Part shown: one piece after another, positions 29,714 to 37,314 of the stretch
How the letters are laid out: each line of letters begins with the position of its first letter
Numbering within the stretch: the stretch's first letter is position 1
From: an uncultured delta proteobacterium
GTDB taxonomy: Bacteria; Myxococcota_A; Polyangia; Polyangiales; Houyiibacteriaceae
Direction: 5' to 3'
Assembly (NCBI GenBank): GCA_963699755.1
Contig: CAVOVB010000002.1
Location: 160,001 to 224,000, forward strand
DNA length: 64,000 nt
The notes under the pieces: generated by a model
What the model saw: only the letters and a program-made list of their open reading frames with translations
Database searches by the model: none
Told to the model about the DNA's origin: nothing
Position numbers and translations under genes: made by a program

Positions 29714-30328
29714 ATGCCTTCAAGCAACCGACCAAGCGATCCTTCCCGCACCAGGCTCAGCCCTGAAGAGCGTCAACAGCAGCTCTTGCGAGTCACATCG
29801 GACATCATCGCCGCCGCCGGTGTCGATAACGTACGCATTCCCTATGTCGCCGCAGCCGCGGGAATCACCAGGCCGGTCGTGTACAAGTTCTTTCCGAACC
29901 GACATGAGTTGATCAAGGGCGTGCTGGAGGATTTCCGAGAGGACTTCGCGCGCCGCACGCCGGACATCCTGCATTCGGAACAAGACGCCGACATCGCAAC
30001 GATCGCCCGCGGCTTCATCGACGCCGCCTGCGACACGATAGAGGCAAAGGGCTCAGGTGGCTGGCAGTTGCTTCGCTCGGTCGGTCCCGATCAGGAGATC
30101 TCCGCGATTAGCAAGGATTTCCGGGGGCAGCTCGTCCAGCCCTGGCTCCTCCCGCTGCGCGAGCTCACCGGGGTGGATGACGCCGAGGCCGAGGCGCTCG
30201 CTGACATGTTTCTCACGGGCGCCGGCGAAATCCTACAGCGATGGATCGAGGGTGAGTTTTCGCGGCAGCAGGTCGCCACGCTACTTGGCCGAATCATCCT
30301 CGCCGTGCTGAGCGAGTTCACGGAGTAA
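29714..30328 (+). CDS. TetR/AcrR family transcriptional regulator
   Basis: RLSPEERQQQLL...VAAAAGITRPVVYKFFPNRHEL N-terminal HTH. Confidence 0.88.
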   Translation: MPSSNRPSDPSRTRLSPEERQQQLLRVTSDIIAAAGVDNVRIPYVAAAAGITRPVVYKFFPNRHELIKGVLEDFREDFARRTPDILHSEQDADIATIARGFIDAACDTIEAKGSGGWQLLRSVGPDQEISAISKDFRGQLVQPWLLPLRELTGVDDAEAEALADMFLTGAGEILQRWIEGEFSRQQVATLLGRIILAVLSEFTE

Positions 30329-30329
30329 G

Positions 30330-31232
30330 ATGACGATGGTTTCCGAGATATTCGACCGGTCCAAGTGGACCGAGGTTCGAGGCTTCGAGCTCGAAGACAT
30401 CACCTATCACCGTGCAAAGGAACACGGCACGGTCCGCATCGCCTTCAACCGACCCGAGGTGCGTAACGCGTTTCGTCCGGGCACGGTCGACGAGCTCTAC
30501 CGGGCGCTCGACCATGCGCGGCAGAGCTCCGACGTAGGCTGCGTGCTCCTCACGGGCAACGGGCCTTCTCCCAAGGACGGAGGCTGGGCGTTCTGCTCGG
30601 GCGGCGACCAGCGCATCCGGGGCAAGGACGGCTACAAATACGAAACCGATTCCGCCGGGGAGATCGATCCGGCGCGCCTCGGTCGTTTGCACATCCTCGA
30701 AGTGCAACGCCTGATCCGTTTCATGCCCAAGATCGTGATCGCAGTCGTCCCGGGTTGGGCGGTAGGCGGCGGACACAGCCTGCACGTCGTCTGCGACCTG
30801 ACCATCGCCAGCGAGGAGCATGCTGTCTTCAAACAGACCGACCCGGACGTCGCGAGCTTCGATAGCGGCTATGGCTCCGCCCTTCTCGCGCGACAGGTCG
30901 GTCAGAAGAAAGCCCGTGAGGTGTTCTTCGTGGGCCTCAACTACAGCGCCCAAGAAGCTGCCGAAATGGGCATGGTCAACGCCGTGGTGCCCCATGCCGA
31001 GCTTGAGGATTTCGCCCTCGGCTGGGCCAAAGAGGTCAATTCGAAGAGCCCGACCGCCATGCGAATGCTGAAGTTCGGATTCAACATGGTCGACGATGGC
31101 CTCGTCGGGCAGCAGCTGTTCGCAGGTGAGGCCACCCGCTTGGCCTACGGAACCGAGGAGGCTCGAGAAGGCCGCGACGCCTTCCTCGAAAAGCGTCCAC
31201 AGGATTACAAAAAGTTCCCCTGGCACTACTGA
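30330..31232 (+). CDS. menB: 1,4-dihydroxy-2-naphthoyl-CoA synthase
   Basis: FNRPEVRNAFRP, AFCSGGDQ, GGGHSLH, SFDSGYGS and EGRDAFLEKR. Confidence 0.96.
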   Translation: MTMVSEIFDRSKWTEVRGFELEDITYHRAKEHGTVRIAFNRPEVRNAFRPGTVDELYRALDHARQSSDVGCVLLTGNGPSPKDGGWAFCSGGDQRIRGKDGYKYETDSAGEIDPARLGRLHILEVQRLIRFMPKIVIAVVPGWAVGGGHSLHVVCDLTIASEEHAVFKQTDPDVASFDSGYGSALLARQVGQKKAREVFFVGLNYSAQEAAEMGMVNAVVPHAELEDFALGWAKEVNSKSPTAMRMLKFGFNMVDDGLVGQQLFAGEATRLAYGTEEAREGRDAFLEKRPQDYKKFPWHY

Positions 31233-31335
31233 GCCAAGGCTATTGCCAACAAAAAGTCCGATCTGGGGTACACTTCTCCAATTGGACCCAAACCAAAAAC
31301 GTGCCAATTGAGCACATCGGAGAACGGAGCAAGTC

Positions 31336-31794
31336 ATCTCAAGCAAGATATTCGTAGGGAACCTCAACTTTGGCACGACCGACGAAGAGCTACGTGAGCT
31401 CTTCGGGGAGATCGGGGAGGTCGTTGATGTTCACATTCCCAAGGATCGCGAATCCGGACGTCCCAGAGGGTTCGCATTCGTCCGGTTCGCGGCTGAAGAG
31501 CATGCCGCCCAAGCCGTCGAGAAGTTCCACGGACGCGAAGTCGGCGGACGCGAGCTGCGGCTGGACATCGCGGAGGACCGGCCCCGGCCCCCACGTCAGC
31601 GGCGCGATTTCGGCGGCCCGCCACCGGACCGCTACAATCGCGGTGGCGACCCGGGCGGCGGAGACTTCGATCGCGGCGGCAGTTACGACCGTGGCGGCGG
31701 CTACGAACGCGGCGGCGACGGTCGCTCGTTCGAGAAGCCGAAGAAGCCCAAAGGTAGTCGCCGAGGTCTGCGCGGCAAGAAGCGAAGCCTGTAG
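31336..31794 (+). CDS. RRM (RNP-1) RNA-binding protein with RGG-rich tail; probable ATC start codon
   Basis: Manual translation gives (I)SSKIFVGNLNF (RNP2), RGFAFVRF (RNP1), RGG repeats and KPKGSRRGLRGKKRSL-stop. In-frame TGA at 31309-31311, no ATG/GTG/TTG in frame, GGAG 6 nt before the ATC. Confidence 0.9.
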   Translation: MSSKIFVGNLNFGTTDEELRELFGEIGEVVDVHIPKDRESGRPRGFAFVRFAAEEHAAQAVEKFHGREVGGRELRLDIAEDRPRPPRQRRDFGGPPPDRYNRGGDPGGGDFDRGGSYDRGGGYERGGDGRSFEKPKKPKGSRRGLRGKKRSL

Positions 31795-31855
31795 CGGCCT
31801 GGTCCTCGTGGGGCGTATTGCGCCCCTCGAGCAGTGCCCACAGCTTCTGTGGCTC

Positions 31856-31891
31856 AAAAAATCTCGGGCGAGGCGTTAGCCCCGCCCGAGA
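31856..31891 (-). terminator. Intrinsic terminator, minus strand
   Basis: Minus-strand RNA UCUCGGGCGGGGC-UAAC-GCCUCGCCCGAGA-UUUUUU: 13-bp stem whose G-U pair works only on this strand. Confidence 0.8.
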
Positions 31892-31966
31892 GCCCGTTTT
31901 TCTTGTACCCCCAAGGAGTGTGAACGCGATCTACCGTGTCGAAGGGTCGCTGGAGAGCCGTCGACA
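31856..31966 (-). ncRNA. Candidate small RNA (~110 nt)
   Basis: Flanked on the minus strand by TTGACA-N18-TACCGT and a strong intrinsic terminator, with no credible ORF between. The 5' end is inferred. Confidence 0.55.
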
Positions 31967-31971
31967 GTCGT

Positions 31972-32001
31972 ACGGTAAAGCTCCGAAGCCACCGTTGTCA
32001 A
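31972..32001 (-). promoter_or_regulatory. Sigma-70-type promoter of the candidate sRNA
   Basis: Perfect TTGACA (32001-31996), 18-nt spacer, TACCGT (31977-31972) and an AT-rich tract immediately upstream. Confidence 0.6.
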
Positions 32002-32207
32002 CAGGTATTTCTATTCACAATTGTTCAAATCTTACAGGTAGTTGACTTGGATGTAGGCGCTGCGGACGGCCCCAAGGGGCCTTCCGAGGTCTTTGATTCG
32101 CGGCAGATGCATGCCCGCCGTGAGGAAAGGCGAAACCGTCCACGCGCGTGCGAAGGTGCCAATTTTGCACGTCCCGTTGTGTCGTTGTCGTACGCAGAAT
32201 CGACTAC

Positions 32208-32223
32208 TGGGACGCACATTGCT
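32208..32223 (+). promoter_or_regulatory. Sigma-54 (-24/-12) promoter upstream of the RiPP-like operon
   Basis: TGGGACGCACATTGCT against consensus TGGCACG-N4-TTGCW: one mismatch and exact GG-N10-GC spacing. Confidence 0.55.
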
Positions 32224-32323
32224 TCTGGGGGGTCATCTGCTGATCAGGCGTGGCGTCGTTGCGAGGCGTGCCGAAAGCTCGCTTCGGGTCGCGTGTGAGG
32301 CGGACTTGCTGTATCTATCAACG

Positions 32324-32530
32324 ATGACCGACGAGGGGGAAACCAGCGAGCTCGATCGCGCTCGGCGCCACTTCCTGAGGGCCACGGCCTACATGGCACC
32401 TGCGATACTCGCGACTATCACGCTGAACAAGGCTCATGCGCAGGCCTCGTGCAGCCCTTCAACCTGTATGCCAGGGGTCTGCAACCCAAACGGCTGTAAC
32501 CCACTGACCTGCATGCCCGCCGGTGGATGA
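32324..32530 (+). CDS. Putative RiPP precursor, 68 aa: Tat-like leader plus (CxPxx)5 core
   Basis: MTDEGETSELDRARRHFLRATAYMAPAILATITLNKAHA-QASCSPSTCMPGVCNPNGCNPLTCMPAGG, directly upstream of radical SAM and PqqD genes. Confidence 0.85.
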   Translation: MTDEGETSELDRARRHFLRATAYMAPAILATITLNKAHAQASCSPSTCMPGVCNPNGCNPLTCMPAGG

Positions 32531-33686
32531 AGCGGGTGGAACCGTTCACGAAGCCACGATGAACGCGACCGGATACTTCTTGCCCGACGACTGGATCCTC
32601 TGGCACAGCGAGGGATCGCTCGAAGCCACGAAGCTGAGCAGCGGAGACCAGATCCGAATCGAAGGCACGCCCGAGCGCGATCCATTGAATAGCGAACTGT
32701 CCGCATCCATTTGGGATTCGCTGGCTCGGTTTGAACCTCTCCTAGGGCAACTTCGAAGACAACTCCAAGAGCGGGCACTTCAACCGCTCACGCGAGAAAC
32801 CGTCTTGCGGGGTTCTGGATGGAAACAGCTATTCGTAGAGCTTACCGCGAAGTGCAACGAGCGATGTGTCCATTGCTATGCTGAATCGTCGCCTGCCCGG
32901 ACGGAGGCGCTTGCCTGGCCGGAGATCAGCAAGGTACTCGAAGATGCGAAGGCGCTGGACTTTGGCCTGGTGCAGTTTACGGGTGGAGATCCTCTGATCA
33001 GCGCCCATTGCGTCCGAGCCGTGGAGTTTGCGAAAGAGATCGGAATTCCGCGCGTCGAGATCTACACGAATGGCCTCGCGCTTCGCGGAAGGATCTACGA
33101 GCGCTTGCGCGAGCTCGCGCCCTCGTTTGCGTTTTCCTTCTACTCACACGATCCCGAAACCCATGACGCCATCACCCAGACCCCAGGTAGTCATGCACGC
33201 ACCGCGCGAGCGATTCGACGCGCGGTGGACGATGGATTGAACGTACGCGTAGGTGTCATCTCGATGGAGCGGAACCAACACGATGCATCGAAGACCTACG
33301 AATATTTGCTGGAGCTCGGCGTGACTGGCAACTCAATCGGTTTCGATCAAGTGCGCGACGTCGGTCGAGGGGACGCCGTACCCATAGAAACCGATACACG
33401 ACCGGCGGGCGTCCGGAGCGGTGGCGTCGAGAGCGCGCGACCACGAAACTTCGGCGGCTCGGCGGCGGTAGGCTACGACGGCACGGTGTACCCGTGCATC
33501 TTCAGTCGGCACCTGCCACTCGGATCGATTCATGACACCAGCCTCCAGGCGATTCTCAGGTCTGCCGAGCCGATCGCCTCGAAAAAGAGAAGCCTACTGA
33601 CGGCCCGCGAACGATGGGGTGCAAAGCTCTCCTGTTGGGAGTGCCAGGCCCGATCCGTACTGCTCGATGGGAGGTGCAATGCCTGA
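32523..33686 (+). CDS. Radical SAM peptide maturase with SPASM/twitch-like C-terminus
   Basis: CNERCVHC, FTGGDP, YTNG, DGTVYPC and CWEC. Alternative ATG start at 32559. Confidence 0.9.
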   Translation: MDEAGGTVHEATMNATGYFLPDDWILWHSEGSLEATKLSSGDQIRIEGTPERDPLNSELSASIWDSLARFEPLLGQLRRQLQERALQPLTRETVLRGSGWKQLFVELTAKCNERCVHCYAESSPARTEALAWPEISKVLEDAKALDFGLVQFTGGDPLISAHCVRAVEFAKEIGIPRVEIYTNGLALRGRIYERLRELAPSFAFSFYSHDPETHDAITQTPGSHARTARAIRRAVDDGLNVRVGVISMERNQHDASKTYEYLLELGVTGNSIGFDQVRDVGRGDAVPIETDTRPAGVRSGGVESARPRNFGGSAAVGYDGTVYPCIFSRHLPLGSIHDTSLQAILRSAEPIASKKRSLLTARERWGAKLSCWECQARSVLLDGRCNA

Positions 33687-33972
33687 TGCTTCCGATCGAC
33701 GCGTGCCCAAGCGCAAAGACACACTCACGCATGAGGTCACCGATACCGACGAAGTCGTGATCTACGACGGCAGCGGTCCGCAATTGCTCGTCTTGAACGA
33801 TATTGCCGCGGGCGTTTGGCTGATGATCGACGGCGCACGAACAGTCGACGACATTACCGCCGAAATCCTGAACCATCTCGAGGCGGAGCCTGCGACGGTG
33901 ACCCGTGACGTGCTCGCGTTCTTGGGCCAGCTCGAGCAACGAAAGCTCATCGCATGGCAAGAGGCAACCTAG
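33679..33972 (+). CDS. PqqD family RiPP recognition element (RRE), 97 aa
   Basis: DEVVIYD...LN..A..VW..IDGARTV..I...I......DV..FL..L....LI pattern; GGAGG RBS. Confidence 0.9.
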   Translation: MPDASDRRVPKRKDTLTHEVTDTDEVVIYDGSGPQLLVLNDIAAGVWLMIDGARTVDDITAEILNHLEAEPATVTRDVLAFLGQLEQRKLIAWQEAT

Positions 33973-34775
33973 AGCAGCACGAGATCTTTCTCTCCGGCCT
34001 GCGTGTTCGCGTACAAAGCAGCTGCACGAGAACGAATCGTTACCTACGACGTCACTGGTCCGCTGCGAAGCTGCCGATGCTGCCGACCGAGGTCAGCTGC
34101 GACATGGAGGTGATCGCCGACGCATCACCTCGAATCATCGTGGATGGCGAAGTGGTCTGGGCCGACGGTGCCGCCGAATATCTGGTCGCTGGTTTCGAGC
34201 AGCGGCTCTATCGCGCGGCGCTCGCGAAGCACCGAGGCCGATTTGCTGTATTTCACGCAGCAGCGCTGGTGTCGGATGGAGCGACTGTCGTTTTCTCCGG
34301 ACCGTCAGGCGCCGGGAAGAGCTCGCTTGCGCTCGCGGCGGTTCGGCGCGGTTGGAAGTATTTTTCCGATGAGTTCGTGGTCACCGACGGCCAGAGCGTG
34401 TGCGGGTGGCCGCGCGCGATTCGCTTTGATCCTACAGAGCCGGGCGCGCCGTGTCCTGACTACCTCGTCGACCTCGATACCGATCAAGATGCCGTGGAGT
34501 CTCCGCAAGACGTTGGGCCACCGTACTACGCCGTCCGCGGCAACGCCTTGCAACGCGTCGCCTGTTCTGCCCGCGAGGTGCGTTTCGTTAGCGTAGAGCG
34601 TGGTACAGATACGACCCTATCCCGCGTCTCAGCGAGTGTCGGCCTGAAGTATTGGATGGAGGCTGCGTTTATCGAGCCAACGATGTCCTTGGGCGCGCTC
34701 GTCGGCGACGGACGGACTTGGCGCGCGTCGTGGCGCCACCCAGAAGAGCTCATCGAGCTGATCGAAACGATATGA
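33954..34775 (+). CDS. HPr-kinase-related P-loop kinase
   Basis: FHAAAL...FSGPSGAGKSSL...YFSDEF (His, Walker A and acidic pair), then GWPR. Confidence 0.8.
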   Translation: MARGNLEQHEIFLSGLRVRVQSSCTRTNRYLRRHWSAAKLPMLPTEVSCDMEVIADASPRIIVDGEVVWADGAAEYLVAGFEQRLYRAALAKHRGRFAVFHAAALVSDGATVVFSGPSGAGKSSLALAAVRRGWKYFSDEFVVTDGQSVCGWPRAIRFDPTEPGAPCPDYLVDLDTDQDAVESPQDVGPPYYAVRGNALQRVACSAREVRFVSVERGTDTTLSRVSASVGLKYWMEAAFIEPTMSLGALVGDGRTWRASWRHPEELIELIETI

Positions 34776-35551
34776 CGGGAAGCAACCCAAGCCTACGATA
34801 TCGATTGCTTCGAGGCTGGGCGCTGCAGAGTCGCAAAGTTCAGTACCTCATGCGTCGAATCGAGGACGCGGTCACCGTTTGGACCGGAGCCATCTTGAAC
34901 GGACTGCTTCGTGACGCCGAAAAAGAAGCCCTGTCAATCGACCTCTACGATGCCTCGTTTCGGCCCGACAACGATCATCAGGGGCTCTATGAATGGGAGC
35001 AGCAATGGTTCGAACGACGCTTGCCAGCTGCTCCAGCGTCCATTTTGATTGGTGCAGCCGGTGCGGGGCGTGAAGTCTGTGCCCTTCGAGAGCTCGGCTA
35101 TCGGGTTCATGCGTTTGAGCCCTCCGCATCGGCTTTTGAGCTCTGTCAGATCAAAGTCGGCTCGGAGTTTGTCGAGCAAGCGAGCTATCAGGATCTCGTT
35201 GCGACGATACTCCGTGGCGAGAGCACGCGACTGCGGCTCGGGAGCGAAGCAAAATTCGATGCCGTGCTGCTGGGCTGGGGGAGTTTCGGACACGTGCTTC
35301 AGCGCGCCGACCGCTTGGAGTTGCTCCGTGCGTGCGACATCCTCGCGCCGACTGGCCCGATTCTCGTGAGTATCTTCGAACCGAACGCCAGAGCCTCGAC
35401 GAATGGGACCTACTACATGCCATGGGGCGGCTTCCTGGTACGGCCTACACCCGAAGAGCTCGAGCAGCACGCGAAGGCCTTGAATCGGCAACTCGTCATG
35501 TCGCTTCGGGCGCCGAGCCCGTACGCCACTTTGATCCCCAACGGCTACTGA
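34772..35551 (+). CDS. Class I SAM-dependent methyltransferase-like protein
   Basis: ILIGAAGAGRE (motif I), HAFEPS and FDAVLLGWGSFGHV. ATGA overlap with the kinase stop. Confidence 0.72.
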   Translation: MTGSNPSLRYRLLRGWALQSRKVQYLMRRIEDAVTVWTGAILNGLLRDAEKEALSIDLYDASFRPDNDHQGLYEWEQQWFERRLPAAPASILIGAAGAGREVCALRELGYRVHAFEPSASAFELCQIKVGSEFVEQASYQDLVATILRGESTRLRLGSEAKFDAVLLGWGSFGHVLQRADRLELLRACDILAPTGPILVSIFEPNARASTNGTYYMPWGGFLVRPTPEELEQHAKALNRQLVMSLRAPSPYATLIPNGY

Positions 35552-36395
35552 ACCGCGTCAAGAGGCGGCGCGCCGCTTCGTCCGCGTGCGCAACGAGCGA
35601 ACGCGAACCCGCTGCCAAGGAGCGATCCAACAGGTGTGGCGTCCACCATCGAGGCGAGCCTGCGTTCGTGCTCGTAGCTAGCCGCACCACCGCGATCACA
35701 ATCCGGTCCCAACGCGAGAGCTCCAATGCGCGATTCGTTGCGCATGCGATGGGGTCTTCGCGAAACGACTCATGGCCGAGCACATAGGCAGCTGCACGCT
35801 GAAGGCCCAACGCCCGAAAATGGGCTCCCAAGGTTTCTGCATCTTCAAGTCGATAGAGGTTTTCCTTCAGCAGCCATCGAATGTCGTCGAGACTCGTGTC
35901 CTGACGAAACGTCCCGCGTCCCTTTACGAAATGACCGATCAAATGCGCTAAGAGGTCTTGATCAGATATCCGTGCGACTGGCGCGGCAAAAAGCGATGTG
36001 TCTATCGCTGCCCGCGAGAAAACGTCATCCGTAGACATGTCGAACAGGCCGTGTGGAAAGAGGTGGTGGTGCACGTCGATGCTGAGCGGCCACGAATCAC
36101 TGGCAAACGTTCTCCCGGCGCTTGAATCCACCGTCGCTTCGAACCCCAGCGCGTGCAGCACCAGGGTCGCCGCTTCGATATCCGAGCTGCGTACCAGGAC
36201 GTCGATGTCGACGAGATCCCGCCGCCCCCGCAAGGCAGGCCACCTCGCCAGCAAGAACGCGCCCTTCAGTGGCATCAACACGATGCCCCGCTCGGCACAT
36301 CCCTCGAAGACTTGATTTGCTAGACCAAGCGCCAGTTCGCCGACGAGCCTGGTGCGAAGGCGGTCTTGAGCAGCGTGGTCCACTAGGGCTATCAT
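35496..36395 (-). CDS. Nucleotidyltransferase family protein (NTP_transf_5-like)
   Basis: LMPLKGA...R.L.DIDVLV...IDVH...H..H...LDDI. Confidence 0.8.
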   Translation of the reverse strand: MIALVDHAAQDRLRTRLVGELALGLANQVFEGCAERGIVLMPLKGAFLLARWPALRGRRDLVDIDVLVRSSDIEAATLVLHALGFEATVDSSAGRTFASDSWPLSIDVHHHLFPHGLFDMSTDDVFSRAAIDTSLFAAPVARISDQDLLAHLIGHFVKGRGTFRQDTSLDDIRWLLKENLYRLEDAETLGAHFRALGLQRAAAYVLGHESFREDPIACATNRALELSRWDRIVIAVVRLATSTNAGSPRWWTPHLLDRSLAAGSRSLVAHADEAARRLLTRFSSRWGSKWRTGSAPEAT

Positions 36396-36623
36396 CGACC
36401 GTCATCGATGGGCGGGTCAAGACGGCCTTGGCCGACCTTCGGGCCAAGACACATCGTCGGTTTCCGCAGCTGCCTCCACACGACCGATGATCACGCGCTA
36501 TGAGACATCGAGTTCACCGACTGGTGCCCCAGCGCCACGGCCAGATGCTTGAGCTACGTACGAGTGCACCCCGTCGGGGACGACTTGGCATGCGCCTAGG
36601 CCGTTCGGTGGTATAGAGCGCCG

Positions 36624-37307
36624 ATGGCTACGCATCAAAGGCTCGGCGATCTTGCAGAGGCGCTCGAAGCAGAGGGGGCAGATGAGCTGCGGGTGCACGT
36701 CGTCCGCCGCGCGCGCGAGTTCAAGCGCTCCTGGGTAAACATGGCCGAGGCGCTCGTCGAAGTCCGCAATCGGGAATCCTACCTCGGCTGGGGGTACCAG
36801 GACTTCTACTCCTATTGCTCGCTCGAGCTTCAACTCAAGCAGGCCACTGCCGACAAGCTCACCGGCTCTTATGTCGCGCTCAAGCGGTACGCGCCCTCCG
36901 TGCTGAAACGCGATGGCCTCAACGAGAATATTCCGACCTGTGACGCAGTGGACTACTTCGCCAAGGCCCTGCAAAAGAACCCCAGCAACGACGGGTCGAA
37001 CGAACGGGCCGTGGCTCAAGACCTGGTCGACGAGCTCCGGCTCGCGGTATTCGAGGAAGGCGCGCCGGTGACCGAGCTTCGGAAGCGCTTCAATCCGGTC
37101 TTCCATCCGAAGCCCGAAGGCTCTGAACAGCTGGATGCGATCCAGCGCGCGGCGGCAACGGCCCGGCGGCTCGAAAAGATGGTCGAAGAAATCGACGGCC
37201 TCCGCCGGCCGATGGTGCGCACCACCCTCGAGACTCTCGAAGCGCTGCGAGAAGACCTGACAGAGCTTCTGGAACGAACCAAAGCCCAGTACGCAAAGTC
37301 GGCTTGA
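36624..37307 (+). CDS. Conserved hypothetical helical protein
   Basis: Clean high-GC3 ORF with ARxFKRSW and YLGWGYQDFYSYCxxELxL segments and a coiled-coil C-terminus; no recognised family. Confidence 0.75.
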   Translation: MATHQRLGDLAEALEAEGADELRVHVVRRAREFKRSWVNMAEALVEVRNRESYLGWGYQDFYSYCSLELQLKQATADKLTGSYVALKRYAPSVLKRDGLNENIPTCDAVDYFAKALQKNPSNDGSNERAVAQDLVDELRLAVFEEGAPVTELRKRFNPVFHPKPEGSEQLDAIQRAAATARRLEKMVEEIDGLRRPMVRTTLETLEALREDLTELLERTKAQYAKSA

Positions 37308-37314
37308 AACTGAG

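Noticed and set aside
31370..31879. ORFs 31370..31879 (+) and 31390..31857 (-)
   Set aside because: Off-frame and antisense shadows of the RRM gene, which carries the recognisable motifs.
31856..31966. Identifying the candidate sRNA as Pxr or another known family
   Set aside because: I cannot match it from sequence alone, and its promoter is sigma-70-like. It needs an Rfam search.
32093..32323. N-terminal 77 codons of the 145-aa ORF-track version of the precursor
   Set aside because: Low-information sequence spanning the sigma-54 site; the ATG at 32324 gives a typical leader length.
32523..33972. PQQ biosynthesis (pqqE/pqqD), suggested by the nearby PQQ-type dehydrogenase
   Set aside because: No pqqB or pqqC, and the adjacent peptide lacks the PqqA ExxxY motif and is Cys/Pro-rich.
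32324..36395. Lasso peptide cluster (YxxP leader, RRE, kinase, NTase)
   Set aside because: No asparagine-synthetase-like cyclase or transglutaminase-like B2 protease, and the core has no Asp/Glu for a macrolactam.
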